From: Auanema rhodensis
Taxonomy: Eukaryota > Animalia > Nematoda
Direction: 5' to 3'
NCBI GenBank assembly: GCA_964057225.1
Contig: OZ059896.1
Coordinates: 21,266,001-21,330,000, forward strand
Length of the DNA: 64,000 bases
The position numbers were made by a program, and so were the translations under genes. Below the pieces are notes generated by a model. That model saw only the letters and a program-made list of their open reading frames with translations, was not told where the DNA came from and did no database searches. Position 1 is the first letter of the stretch. The number at the start of each line of letters is the position of its first letter. This document shows, one piece after another, positions 39,701 through 53,200 of this stretch.

Positions 39701-42484
39701 AAAATCGAGGATATAAGTGTGAACTTATATCAGTTGATATCTCGGTGCATTTTTAAGCTAGCGCAAATCTGATAACACAGATCGACGCAGCTTGAAAATC
39801 CGCATCGAATGTACTATACTACATTGAGAAACGCTTAATACAAAAATTAGTTATGATCGTTTGAAAAATGATGCCTTAGTGTATGTTGAGTTTCCATGTA
39901 CACTCAACATTGCTTCCAAAAACATTTTGACAAAAATTTTTTCGAAAATTTCAAAATAATTTAGCAAAAAGTAGATGTTTTTAGATTCCTTTTTTCAAGG
40001 CAAAGACGATGGACAATGTTATTCAACGAAAAAATTAATTCTTCAGGGTGAAAATCGAGGATATAAGTGTGAACTTATATCAGTTGATATCTCGGTGCAT
40101 TTTTAAGCTAGCGCAAATCTGATAACACAGATCGACGCAGCTTAAAAATCCGCATCGAATGCACTATACTACTTTGAGAAACGCTTAATACAAAAATTAG
40201 TTATGATCGTTTGAAAAATGATGCATTAGTGTATGTTGAGTTTCCATGTACACTCAACATTGCTTCCAAAAACATTTTGACAAAAATTTTTTCGAAAAAT
40301 TTCAAAATAATTTAGCAAAAAGTAGATGTTTTTAGATTTCTTTTTTCAAGGCAAAGACGATGAACAATGTTATTCAACGAAAAAATTAATTCTTCAGGGT
40401 GAAAATCGAGGATATAAGTGTGAACTTAAATCAGTTGATATCTCGGTGCATTTTTAAGCTAGCGCAAATCTGATAACACAGATCGACGCAGCTTGAAAAT
40501 CCGCATCGAATGTACTATACTACATTGAGAAACGCTTAATACAAAAATTAGTTATGATCGTTTGAAAAATGATGCATTAGTGTATGTTGAGTTTCCATGT
40601 ACACTCAACATTGCTTCCAAAAACATTTTGACAAAAATTTTTTCGAAAAATTTCAAAATAATTTAGCAAAAAGTAGATGTTTTTAGATTCCTTTTTTCAA
40701 GGCAAAGACGATGGACAATGTCATTCAACGAAAAAATTAATTCTTCAGGGTGAAAATCGAGGATATATGTGTGAACTTATATCAGTTGATATCTCGGTGC
40801 ATTTTTAAGCTAGCGCAAATCTGATAACACAGATCGACGCAGCTTAAAAATCCGCATCGAATGCACTATACTACTTTGAGAAACGCTTAATACAAAAATT
40901 AGTTATGATCGTTTGAAAAATGATGCATTAGTGTATGTTGAGTTTTCATGTACACTCAACATTGCTTCCAAAAACATTTTGACAAAAATTTTTTCGAAAA
41001 ATTTCAAAATAATTTAGCAAAAAGTAGATGTTTTTAGATTCCTTTTTTCAAGGCAAAGACGATGGACAATGTTATTCAACGAAAAAATTAATTCTTCAGG
41101 GTGAAAATCGAGGATATAAGTGTGAACTTATATCAGTTGATATCTCGGTGCATTTTTAAGCTAGCGCAAATCTGATAACACAGATCGACGCAGCTTGAAA
41201 ATCCGCATTGAATGTACTATACTACATTGAGAAACGCTTAATACAAAAAATAGTTATGATCGTTTGAAAAATGATGCATTAGTGTATGTTGAGTTTCCAT
41301 GTACACTCAACATTGCTTCCAAAAACATTTTGACAAAAATTTTTTCGAAAAATTTCAGAATAATTTAGCAAAAAGTAGATGTTTTTAGATTCCTTTTTTC
41401 AAGGCAAAGACGATGGACAATGTTATTCAACAAAAAAACTTATTCTTCAGGGTGAAAATCGAGGATATAAGAGTGCACTTATATCAGTTGATTTCTCGGT
41501 GCATTTTTAAGCTAGCGCAAATCTGATAACACAGATCGACGCAGCTTAAAAATCCGCATCGAATGCACTATACTACATTGAGAAACGCTTAATACAAAAA
41601 ATAGTTATGATCGTTTGAAAAATGATGCATTAGTGTATGTTGAGTTTCCATGTACACTCAACATTGCTTCCAAAAACATTTTGACAAAAATTTTTTCGAA
41701 AAATTTCAAAATAATTTAGCAAAAAGTAGATGTTTTTAGATTCCTTTTTTCAAGGCAAAGACGATGGACAATGTTATTCAACGAAAAAATTAATTCTTCA
41801 GGGTGAAAATCGAGGATATAAGTGTGAACTTATATCAGTTGATATCTCGGTGCATTTTTAAGCTAGCGCAAATCTGATAACACAGATCGACGCAGCTTGA
41901 AAATCCGCATCGAATGTACTATACTACATTGAGAAACGCTTAATACAAAAATTAGTTATGATCGTTTGAAAAATGATGCCTTAGTGTATGTTGAGTTTCC
42001 ATGTACACTCAACATTGCTTCCAAAAACATTTTGACAAAAATTTTTTCGAAAAATTTCAAAATAATTTAGCAAAAAGTAGATGTTTTTAGATTCCTTTTT
42101 TCAAGGCAAAGACGATGGACGATGTTATTCAACGAAAAAATTAATTCTTCAGGGTGAAAATCGAGGATATAAGTGTGCACTTATATCAGTTGATATCTCG
42201 GTGCATTTTTAAGCTAGCGCAAATCTGATAACACAGATCGACGCAGCTTAAAAATCCGCATCGAATGCACTATACTACATTGAGAAACGCTTAATACAAA
42301 AATTAGTTATGATCGTTTGAAAAATGATGCATTAGTGTATGTTGAGTTTCCATGTACACTCAACATTGCTTCCAAAAACATTTTGACAAAAATTTTTTCG
42401 AAAAATTTCAAAATAATTTAGCAAAAAGTAGATGTTTTTAGATTCCTTTTTTCAAGGCAAAGACGATGGACAATGTTATTCAAC
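27744..42484. repeat. Satellite subfamily/domain B, first block, with dimeric and tetrameric higher-order structure
   Basis: T is fixed at the ttcc[A/T]tttt site. The linked alleles cttG/aatgTact/gatgcCtt first appear at about 27860. Also present are ctacTttgag, gatgAaca, aaaaaAtagtt, ttcaGaata and caacAaaaaaaCtTattc linked to gtgCac. Confidence 0.9.
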
Positions 42485-44241
42485 GAAAAAATTTTTTCTT
42501 CAGGGTGAAAATCGAGGATATAAGTGTGAACTTATATCAGTTGATATCTCGGTGCATTTTCAAGCTAGCGCAAATCTGATAACACAGATCGACGCAGCTT
42601 AAAAATCCGCATCGAATGCACTATACTACATTGAGAAACGCTTAATACAAAAATTAGTTATGATCGTTTGAAAAATGATGCATTAGTGTATGTTGAGTTT
42701 CCATGTACACTCAACATTGCTTCCAAAAACATTTTGACAAAAATTTTTTCGAAAAATTTCAAAATAATTTAGCAAAAAGTAGATGTTTTTAGATTCCATT
42801 TTTCAAGGCAAAGACGATGGACAATGTTATTCAACGAAAAAATTAATTCTTCAGGGTGAAAATCGAGGATATAAGTGTGAACTTATATCAGTTGATATCT
42901 CGGTGCATTTTTAAGCTAGCGCAAATCTGATAACACAGATCGACGCAGCTTAAAAATCCGCATCGAATGCACTATACTACATTGAGAAACGCTTAATACA
43001 AAAATTAGTTATGATTGTTTGAAAAATGATGCATTAGTGTATGTTGAGTTTCCATGTACACTCAACATTGCTTCCAAAAACATTTTGACAAAAATTTTTT
43101 CGAAAAATTTCAAAATAATTTAGCAAAAAGTAGATGTTTTTAGATTCCATTTTTCAAGGCAAAGACGATGGACAATGTTATTCAACGAAAAAATTAATTC
43201 TTCAGGGTGAAAATCGAGGATATAAGTGTGAACTTATATCAGTTGATATCTCGGTGCATTTTTAAGCTAGCGCAAATCTGATAACACAGATCGACGCAGC
43301 TTAAAAATCCGCATCGAATGCACTATACTACATTGAGAAACGCTTGATACAGAAAATAAGTTATGATCGTTTGAAAAATGATGCATTAGTGTATGTTGAG
43401 TTTCCATGTACACTCAACATTGCTTCCAAAAACATTTTGACAAAAATTTTTTCGAAAAATTTCAAAATAATTTAGCAAAAAGTAGATGTTTTTAGATTCC
43501 ATTTTTCAAGGCAAAGACGATGGACAATGTTATTCAACGAAAAAATTTTTTCTTCAGGGTGAAAATCGAGGATATAAGTGTGAACTTATATCAGTTGATA
43601 TCTCGGTGCATTTTCAAGCTAGCGCAAATCTGATAACACAGATCGACGCAGCTTAAAAATCCGCATCGAATGCACTATACTACATTGAGAAACGCTTGAT
43701 ACAGAAAATAAGTTATGATCGTTTGAAAAATGATGCATTAGTGTATGTTGAGTTTCCATGTACACTCAACATTGCTTCCAAAAACATTTTGACAAAAATT
43801 TTTTCGAAAAATTTCAAAATAATTTAGCAAAAAGTAGATGTTTTTAGATTCCTTTTTTCAAGGCAAAGACGATGGACAATGTTATTCAACGAAAAAATTA
43901 ATTCTTCAGGGTGAAAATCGAGGATATAAGTGTGAACTTATATCAGTTGATATCTCGGTGCATTTTTAAGCTAGCGCAAATCTGATAACACAGATCGACG
44001 CAGCTTAAAAATCCGCATCGAATGCACTATACTACAATGAGAAACGCTTAATACAAAAATTAGTTATGATCGTTTGAAAAATGATGCATTAGTGTATGTT
44101 GAGTTTCCATGTACACTCAACATTGCTTCCAAAAACATTTTGACAAAAATTTTTTCGAAAAATTTCAAAATAATTTAGCAAAAAGTAGATGTTTTTAGAT
44201 TTCTTTTTTCAAGGCAAAGACGATGAACAATGTTATTCAAC
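42485..44241. repeat. Five-monomer island of subfamily A inside domain B
   Basis: A alleles reappear: the TT variant (about 42494 and 43548), ttttCaagct, ttccAttttt, the 352-bp variant (about 43350 and 43702), caAtgag (about 44037) and the rare allele atgatTgttt (43016). Confidence 0.9.
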
Positions 44242-47200
44242 GAAAAAATTAATTCTTCAGGGTGAAAATCGAGGATATAAGTGTGAACTTATATCAGTTG
44301 ATATCTCGGTGCATTTTTAAGCTAGCGCAAATCTGATAACACAGATCGACGCAGCTTGAAAATCCGCATCGAATGTACTATACTACATTGAGAAACGCTT
44401 AATACAAAAATTAGTTATGATCGTTTGAAAAATGATGCCTTAGTGTATGTTGAGTTTCCATGTACACTCAACATTGCTTCCAAAAACATTTTGACAAAAA
44501 TTTTTTCGAAAAATTTCAAAATAATTTAGCAAAAAGTAGATGTTTTTAGATTCCTTTTTTCAAGGCAAAGACGATGGACAATGTTATTCAACGAATAAAT
44601 TAATTCTTCAGGGTGAAAATCGAGGATATAAGTGTGAACTTATATCAGTTGATATCTCGGTGCATTTTTAAGCTAGCGCAAATCTGATAACACAGATCGA
44701 CGCAGCTTAAAAATCCGCATCGAATGCACTATACTATTTTGAGAAACGCTTAATACAAAAATTAGTTATGATCGTTTGAAAAATGATGCATTAGTGTATG
44801 TTGAGTTTCCATGTACACTCAACATTGCTTCCAAAAACATTTTGACAAAAATTTTTTCGAAAAATTTCAAAATAATTTAGCAAAAAGTAGATGTTTTTAG
44901 ATTCCTTTTTTCAAGGCAAAGACGATGAACAATGTTATTCAACGAAAAAATTAATTCTTCAGGGTGAAAATCGAGGATATAAGTGTGAACTTATATCAGT
45001 TGATATCTCGGTGCATTTTTAAGCTAGCGCAAATCTGATAACACAGATCGACGCAGCTTGAAAATCCGCATCGAATGTACTATACTACATTGAGAAACGC
45101 TTAATACAAAAATTAGTTATGATCGTTTGAAAAATGATGCCTTAGTGTATGTTGAGTTTCCATGTACACTCAACATTGCTTCCAAAAACATTTTGACAAA
45201 AATTTTTTCGAAAAATTTCAAAATAATTTAGCAAAAAGTAGATGTTTTTAGATTCCTTTTTTCAAGGCAAAGACGATGGACAATGTTATTCAACGAATAA
45301 ATTAATTCTTCAGGGTGAAAATCGAGGATATAAGTGTGAACTTATATCAGTTGATATCTCGGTGCATTTTTAAGCTAGCACAAATCTGATAACACAGATC
45401 GACGCAGCTTAAAAATCCGCATCGAATGCACTATACTACTTTGAGAAACGCTTAATACAAAAATTAGTTATGATCGTTTGAAAAATGATGCATTAGTGTA
45501 TGTTGAGTTTCCATGTACACTCAACATTGCTTCCAAAAACATTTTGACAAAAATTTTTTCGAAAAATTTCAAAATAATTTAGCAAAAAGTAGATGTTTTT
45601 AGATTCCTTTTTTCAAGGCAAAGACGATGAACAATGTTATTCAACGAAAAAATTAATTCTTCAGGGTGAAAATCGAGGATATAAGTGTGAACTTATATCA
45701 GTTGATATCTCGGTGCATTTTTAAGCTAGCGCAAATCTGATAACACAGATAGACGCAGCTTGAAAATCCGCATCGAATGTACTATACTACATTGAGAAAC
45801 GCTTAATACAAAAAATAGTTATGATCGTTTGAAAAATGATGCATTAGTGTATGTTGAGTTTCCATGTACACTCAACATTGCTTCCAAAAACATTTTGACA
45901 AAAATTTTTTCGAAAAATTTCAAAATAATTTAGCAAAAAGTAGATGTTTTTAGATTCCTTTTTTCAAGGCAAAGACGATGGACAATGTTATTCAACAAAA
46001 AAACTTATTCTTCAGGGTGAAAATCGAGGATATAAGTGTGCACTTATATCAGTTGATATCTCGGTGCATTTTTAAGCTAGCGCAAATCTGATAACACAGA
46101 TCGACGCAGCTTGAAAATCCGCATCGAATGCACTATACTACATTGAGAAACGCTTAATACAAAAAATAGTTATGATCGTTTGAAAAATGATGCATTAGTG
46201 TATGTTGAGTTTCCATGTACACTCAACATTGCTTCCAAAAACATTTTGACAAAAATTTTTTCGAAAAATTTCAAAATAATTTAGCAAAAAGTAGATGTTT
46301 TTAGATTCCTTTTTTCAAGGCAAAGACGATGAACAATGTTATTCAACGAAAAAATTAATTCTTCAGGGTGAAAATCGAGGATATAAGTGTGAACTTATAT
46401 CAGTTGATATCTCGGTGCATTTTTAAGCTAGCGCAAATCTGATAACACAGATCGACGCAGCTTGAAAATCCGCATCGAATGTACTATACTACATTGAGAA
46501 ACGCTTAATACAAAAATTAGTTATGATCGTTTGAAAAATGATGCCTTAGTGTATGTTGAGTTTCCATGTACACTCAACATTGCTTCCAAAAACATTTTGA
46601 CAAAAATTTTTTCGAAAAATTTCAAAATAATTTAGCAAAAAGTAGATGTTTTTAGATTCCTTTTTTCAAGGCAAAGACGATGGACAATGTTATTCAACGA
46701 AAAAATTAATTCTTCAGGGTGAAAATCGAGGATATAAGTGTGAACTTATATCAGTTGATATCTCGGTGCATTTTTAAGCTAGCGCAAATCTGATAACACA
46801 GATCGACGCAGCTTAAAAATCCGCATCGAATGCACTATACTACTTTGAGAAACGCTTAATACAAAAATTAGTTATGATCGTTTGAAAAATGATGCATTAG
46901 TGTATGTTCAGTTTCCATGTACACTCAACATTGCTTCCAAAAACATTTTGACAAAAATTTTTTCGAAAAATTTCAAAATAATTTAGCAAAAAGTAGATGT
47001 TTTTAGATTCCTTTTTTCAAGGCAAAGACGATGAACAATGTTATTCAACGAAAAAATTAATTCTTCAGGGTGAAAATCGAGGATATAAGTGTGAACTTAT
47101 ATCAGTTGATATCTCGGTGCATTTTTAAGCTAGCGCAAATCTGATAACACAGATCGACGCAGCTTGAAAATCCGCATCGAATGTACTATACTACATTGAG

Positions 47201-50200
47201 AAACGCTTAATACAAAAAATAGTTATGATCGTTTGAAAAATGATGCCTTAGTGTATGTTGAGTTTCCATGTACACTCAACATTGCTTCCAAAAACATTTT
47301 GACAAAAATTTTTTCGAAAAATTTCAAAATAATTTAGCAAAAAGTAGATGTTTTTAGATTCCTTTTTTCAAGGCAAAGACGATGGACAATGTTATTCAAC
47401 GAAAAAATTAATTCTTCAGGGTGAAAATCGAGGATATAAGTGTGAACTTATATCAGTTGATATCTCGGTGCATTTTTAAGCTAGCGCAAATCTGATAACA
47501 CAGATCGACGCAGCTTAAAAATCCGCATCGAATGCACTATACTACTTTGAGAAACGCTTAATACAAAAATTAGTTATGATCGTTTGAAAAATGATGCATT
47601 AGTGTATGTTGAGTTTCCATGTACACTCAACATTGCTTCCAAAAACATTTTGACAAAAATTTTTTCGAAAAATTTCAAAATAATTTAGCAAAAAGTAGAT
47701 GTTTTTAGATTCCTTTTTTCAAGGCAAAGACGATGGACAATGTTATTCAACGAAAAAATTAATTCTTCAGGGTGAAAATCGAGGATATAAGTGTGAACTT
47801 ATATCAGTTGATATCTCGGTGCATTTTTAAGCTAGCGCAAATCTGATAACACAGATCGACGCAGCTTGAAAATCCGCATCGAATGTACTATACTACATTG
47901 AGAAACGCTTAATACAAAAAATAGTTATGATCGTTTGAAAAATGATGCCTTAGTGTATGTTGAGTTTCCATGTACACTCAACATTGCTTCCAAAAACATT
48001 TTGACAAAAATTTTTTCGAAAAATTTCAAAATAATTTAGCAAAAAGTAGATGTTTTTAGATTCCTTTTTTCAAGGCAAAGACGATGGACAATGTTATTCA
48101 ACGAAAAAATTAATTCTTCAGGGTGAAAATCGAGGATATAAGTGTGAACTTATATCAGTTGATATCTCGGTGCATTTTTAAGCTAGCGCAAATCTGATAA
48201 CACAGATCGACGCAGCTTAAAAATCCGCATCGAATGCACTATACTACTTTGAGAAACGCTTAATACAAAAATTAGTTATGATCGTTTGAAAAATGATGCA
48301 TTAGTGTATGTTGAGTTTCCATGTACACTCAACATTGCTTCCAAAAACATTTTGACAAAAATTTTTTCGAAAAATTTCAAAATAATTTAGCAAAAAGTAG
48401 ATGTTTTTAGATTCCTTTTTTCAAGGCAAAGACGATGAACAATGTTATTCAACGAAAAAATTAATTCTTCAGGGTGAAAATCGAGGATATAAGTGTGAAC
48501 TTATATCAGTTGATATCTCGGTGCATTTTTAAGCTAGCGCAAATCTGATAACACAGATCGACGCAGCTTGAAAATCCGCATCGAATGTACTATACTACAT
48601 TGAGAAACGCTTAATACAAAAATTAGTTATGATCGTTTGAAAAATGATGCCTTAGTGTATGTTGAGTTTCCATGTACACTCAACATTGCTTCCAAAAACA
48701 TTTTGACAAAAATTTTTTCGAAAAATTTCAAAATAATTTAGCAAAAAGTAGATGTTTTTAGATTCCTTTTTTCAAGGCAAAGACGATGGACAATGTTATT
48801 CAACGAAAAAATTAATTCTTCAGGGTGAAAATCGAGGATATAAGTGTGAACTTATATCAGTTGATATCTCGGTGCATTTTTAAGCTAGCGCAAATCTGAT
48901 AACACAGATCGACGCAGCTTAAAAATCCGCATCGAATGCACTATACTACTTTGAGAAACGCTTAATACAAAAATTAGTTATGATCGTTTGAAAAATGATG
49001 CATTAGTGTATGTTGAGTTTCCATGTACACTCAACATTGCTTCCAAAAACATTTTGACAAAAATTTTTTCGAAAAATTTCAAAATAATTTAGCAAAAAGT
49101 AGATGTTTTTAGATTCCTTTTTTCAAGGCAAAGACGATGGACAATGTTATTCAACGAAAAAATTAATTCTTCAGGGTGAAAATCGAGGATATAAGTGTGA
49201 ACTTATATCAGTTGATATCTCGGTGCATTTTTAAGCTAGCGCAAATCTGATAACACAGATCGACGCAGCTTGAAAATCCGCATCGAATGTACTATACTAC
49301 ATTGAGAAACGCTTAATACAAAAAATAGTTATGATCGTTTGAAAAATGATGCATTAGTGTATGTTCAGTTTCCATGTACACTCAACATTGCTTCCAAAAA
49401 CATTTTGACAAAAATTTTTTCGAAAAATTTCAGAATAATTTAGCAAAAAGTAGATGTTTTTAGATTCCTTTTTTCAAGGCAAAGACGATGGACAATGTTA
49501 TTCAACAAAAAAACTTATTCTTCAGGGTGAAAATCGAGGATATAAGTGTGCACTTATATCAGTTGATATCTCGGTGCATTTTTAAGCTAGCGCAAATCTG
49601 ATAACACAGATCGACGCAGCTTAAAAATCCGCATCGAATGCACTATACTACATTGAGAAACGCTTAATACAAAAAATAGTTATGATCGTTTGAAAAATGA
49701 TGCATTAGTGTATGTTGAGTTTCCATGTACACTCAACATTGCTTCCAAAAACATTTTGACAAAAATTTTTTCGAAAAATTTCAAAATAATTTAGCAAAAA
49801 GTAGATGTTTTTAGATTCCTTTTTTCAAGGCAAAGACGATGAACAATGTTATTCAACGAAAAAATTAATTCTTCAGGGTGAAAATCGAGGATATAAGTGT
49901 GAACTTATATCAGTTGATATCTCGGTGCATTTTTAAGCTAGCGCAAATCTGATAACACAGATCGACGCAGCTTGAAAATCCGCATCGAATGTACTATACT
50001 ACATTGAGAAACGCTTAATACAAAAATTAGTTATGATCGTTTGAAAAATGATGCCTTAGTGTATGTTGAGTTTCCATGTACACTCAACATTGCTTCCAAA
50101 AACATTTTGACAAAAATTTTTTCGAAAAATTTCAAAATAATTTAGCAAAAAGTAGATGTTTTTAGATTCCTTTTTTCAAGGCAAAGACGATGAACAATGT

Positions 50201-53200
50201 TATTCAACGAAAAAATTAATTCTTCAGGGTGAAAATCGAGGATATAAGTGTGAACTTATATCAGTTGATATCTCGGTGCATTTTTAAGCTAGCGCAAATC
50301 TGATAACACAGATCGACGCAGCTTGAAAATCCGCATCGAATGTACTATACTACATTGAGAAACGCTTAATACAAAAATTAGTTATGATCGTTTGAAAAAT
50401 GATGCCTTAGTGTATGTTGAGTTTCCATGTACACTCAACATTGCTTCCAAAAACATTTTGACAAAAATTTTTTCGAAAAATTTCAAAATAATTTAGCAAA
50501 AAGTAGATGTTTTTAGATTCCTTTTTTCAAGGCAAAGACGATGGACAATGTTATTCAACGAAAAAATTAATTCTTCAGGGTGAAAATCGAGGATATAAGT
50601 GTGAACTTATATCAGTTGATATCTCGGTGCATTTTTAAGCTAGCGCAAATCTGATAACACAGATCGACGCAGCTTAAAAATCCGCATCGAATGCACTATA
50701 CTACTTTGAGAAACGCTTAATACAAAAATTAGTTATGATCGTTTGAAAAATGATGCATTAGTGTATGTTGAGTTTCCATGTACACTCAACATTGCTTCCA
50801 AAAACATTTTGACAAAAATTTTTTCGAAAAATTTCAAAATAATTTAGCAAAAAGTAGATGTTTTTAGATTCCTTTTTTCAAGGCAAAGACGATGGACAAT
50901 GTTATTCAACGAAAAAATTAATTCTTCAGGGTGAAAATCGAGGATATAAGTGTGAACTTATATCAGTTGATATCTCGGTGCATTTTTAAGCTAGCGCAAA
51001 TCTGATAACACAGATCGACGCAGCTTGAAAATCCGCATCGAATGTACTATACTACATTGAGAAACGCTTAATACAAAAATTAGTTATGATCGTTTGAAAA
51101 ATGATGCCTTAGTGTATGTTGAGTTTCCATGTACACTCAACATTGCTTCCAAAAACATTTTGACAAAAATTTTTTCGAAAAATTTCAAAATAATTTAGCA
51201 AAAAGTAGATGTTTTTAGATTCCTTTTTTCAAGGCAAAGACGATGGACAATGTTATTCAACGAAAAAATTAATTCTTCAGGGTGAAAATCGAGGATATAA
51301 GTGTGAACTTATATCAGTTGATATCTCGGTGCATTTTTAAGCTAGCGCAAATCTGATAACACAGATCGACGCAGCTTAAAAATCCGCATCGAATGCACTA
51401 TACTACTTTGAGAAACGCTTAATACAAAAATTAGTTATGATCGTTTGAAAAATGATGCATTAGTGTATGTTGAGTTTTCATGTACACTCAACATTGCTTC
51501 CAAAAACATTTTGACAAAAATTTTTTCGAAAAATTTCAAAATAATTTAGCAAAAAGTAGATGTTTTTAGATTCCTTTTTTCAAGGCAAAGACGATGAACA
51601 ATGTTATTCAACGAAAAAATTAATTCTTCAGGGTGAAAATCGAGGATATAAGTGTGAACTTATATCAGTTGATATCTCGGTGCATTTTTAAGCTAGCGCA
51701 AATCTGATAACACAGATCGACGCAGCTTGAAAATCCGCATCGAATGTACTATACTACATTGAGAAACGCTTAATACAAAAATTAGTTATGATCGTTTGAA
51801 AAATGATGCCTTAGTGTATGTTGAGTTTCCATGTACACTCAACATTGCTTCCAAAAACATTTTGACAAAAATTTTTTCGAAAAATTTCAAAATAATTTAG
51901 CAAAAAGTAGATGTTTTTAGATTCCTTTTTTCAAGGCAAAGACGATGGACAATGTTATTCAACGAAAAAATTAATTCTTCAGGGTGAAAATCGAGGATAT
52001 AAGTGTGAACTTATATCAGTTGATATCTCGGTGCATTTTTAAGCTAGCGCAAATCTGATAACACAGATCGACGCAGCTTAAAAATCCGCATCGAATGCAC
52101 TATACTACTTTGAGAAACGCTTAATACAAAAATTAGTTATGATCGTTTGAAAAATGATGCATTAGTGTATGTTGAGTTTCCATGTACACTCAACATTGCT
52201 TCCAAAAACATTTTGACAAAAATTTTTTCGAAAAATTTCAGAATAATTTAGCAAAAAGTAGATGTTTTTAGATTCCTTTTTCCAAGGCAAAGACGATGAA
52301 CAATGTTATTCAACGAAAAAATTAATTCTTCAGGGTGAAAATCGAGGATATAAGTGTGAACTTATATCAGTTGATATCTCGGTGCATTTTTAAGCTAGCG
52401 CAAATCTGATAACACAGATCGACGCAGCTTGAAAATCCGCATCGAATGTACTATACTACATTGAGAAACGCTTAATACAAAAATTAGTTATGATCGTTTG
52501 AAAAATGATGCCTTAGTGTATGTTGAGTTTCCATGTACACTCAACATTGCTTCCAAAAACATTTTGACAAAAATTTTTTCGAAAAATTTCAAAATAATTT
52601 AGCAAAAAGTAGATGTTTTTAGATTCCTTTTTTCAAGGCAAAGACGATGGACAATGTTATTCAACAAAAAAATTAATTCTTCAGGGTGAAAATCGAGGAT
52701 ATAAGTGTGAACTTATATCAGTTGATATCTCGGTGCATTTTTAAGCTAGCGCAAATCTGATAACACAGATCGACGCAGCTTGAAAATCCGCATCGAATGT
52801 ACTATACTACATTGAGAAACGCTTAATACAAAAAATAGTTATGATCGTTTGAAAAATGATGCATTAGTGTATGTTGAGTTTCCATGTACACTCAACATTG
52901 CTTCCAAAAACATTTTGACAAAAATTTTTTCGAAAAATTTCAAAATAATTTAGCAAAAAGTAGATGTTTTTAGATTCCTTTTTTCAAGGCAAAGACGATG
53001 AACAATGTTATTCAACGAAAAAATTAATTCTTCAGGGTGAAAATCGAGGATATAAGTGTGAACTTATATCAGTTGATATCTCGGTGCATTTTTAAGCTAG
53101 CGCAAATCTGATAACACAGATCGACGCAGCTTGAAAATCCGCATCGAATGTACTATACTACATTGAGAAACGCTTAATACAAAAATTAGTTATGATCGTT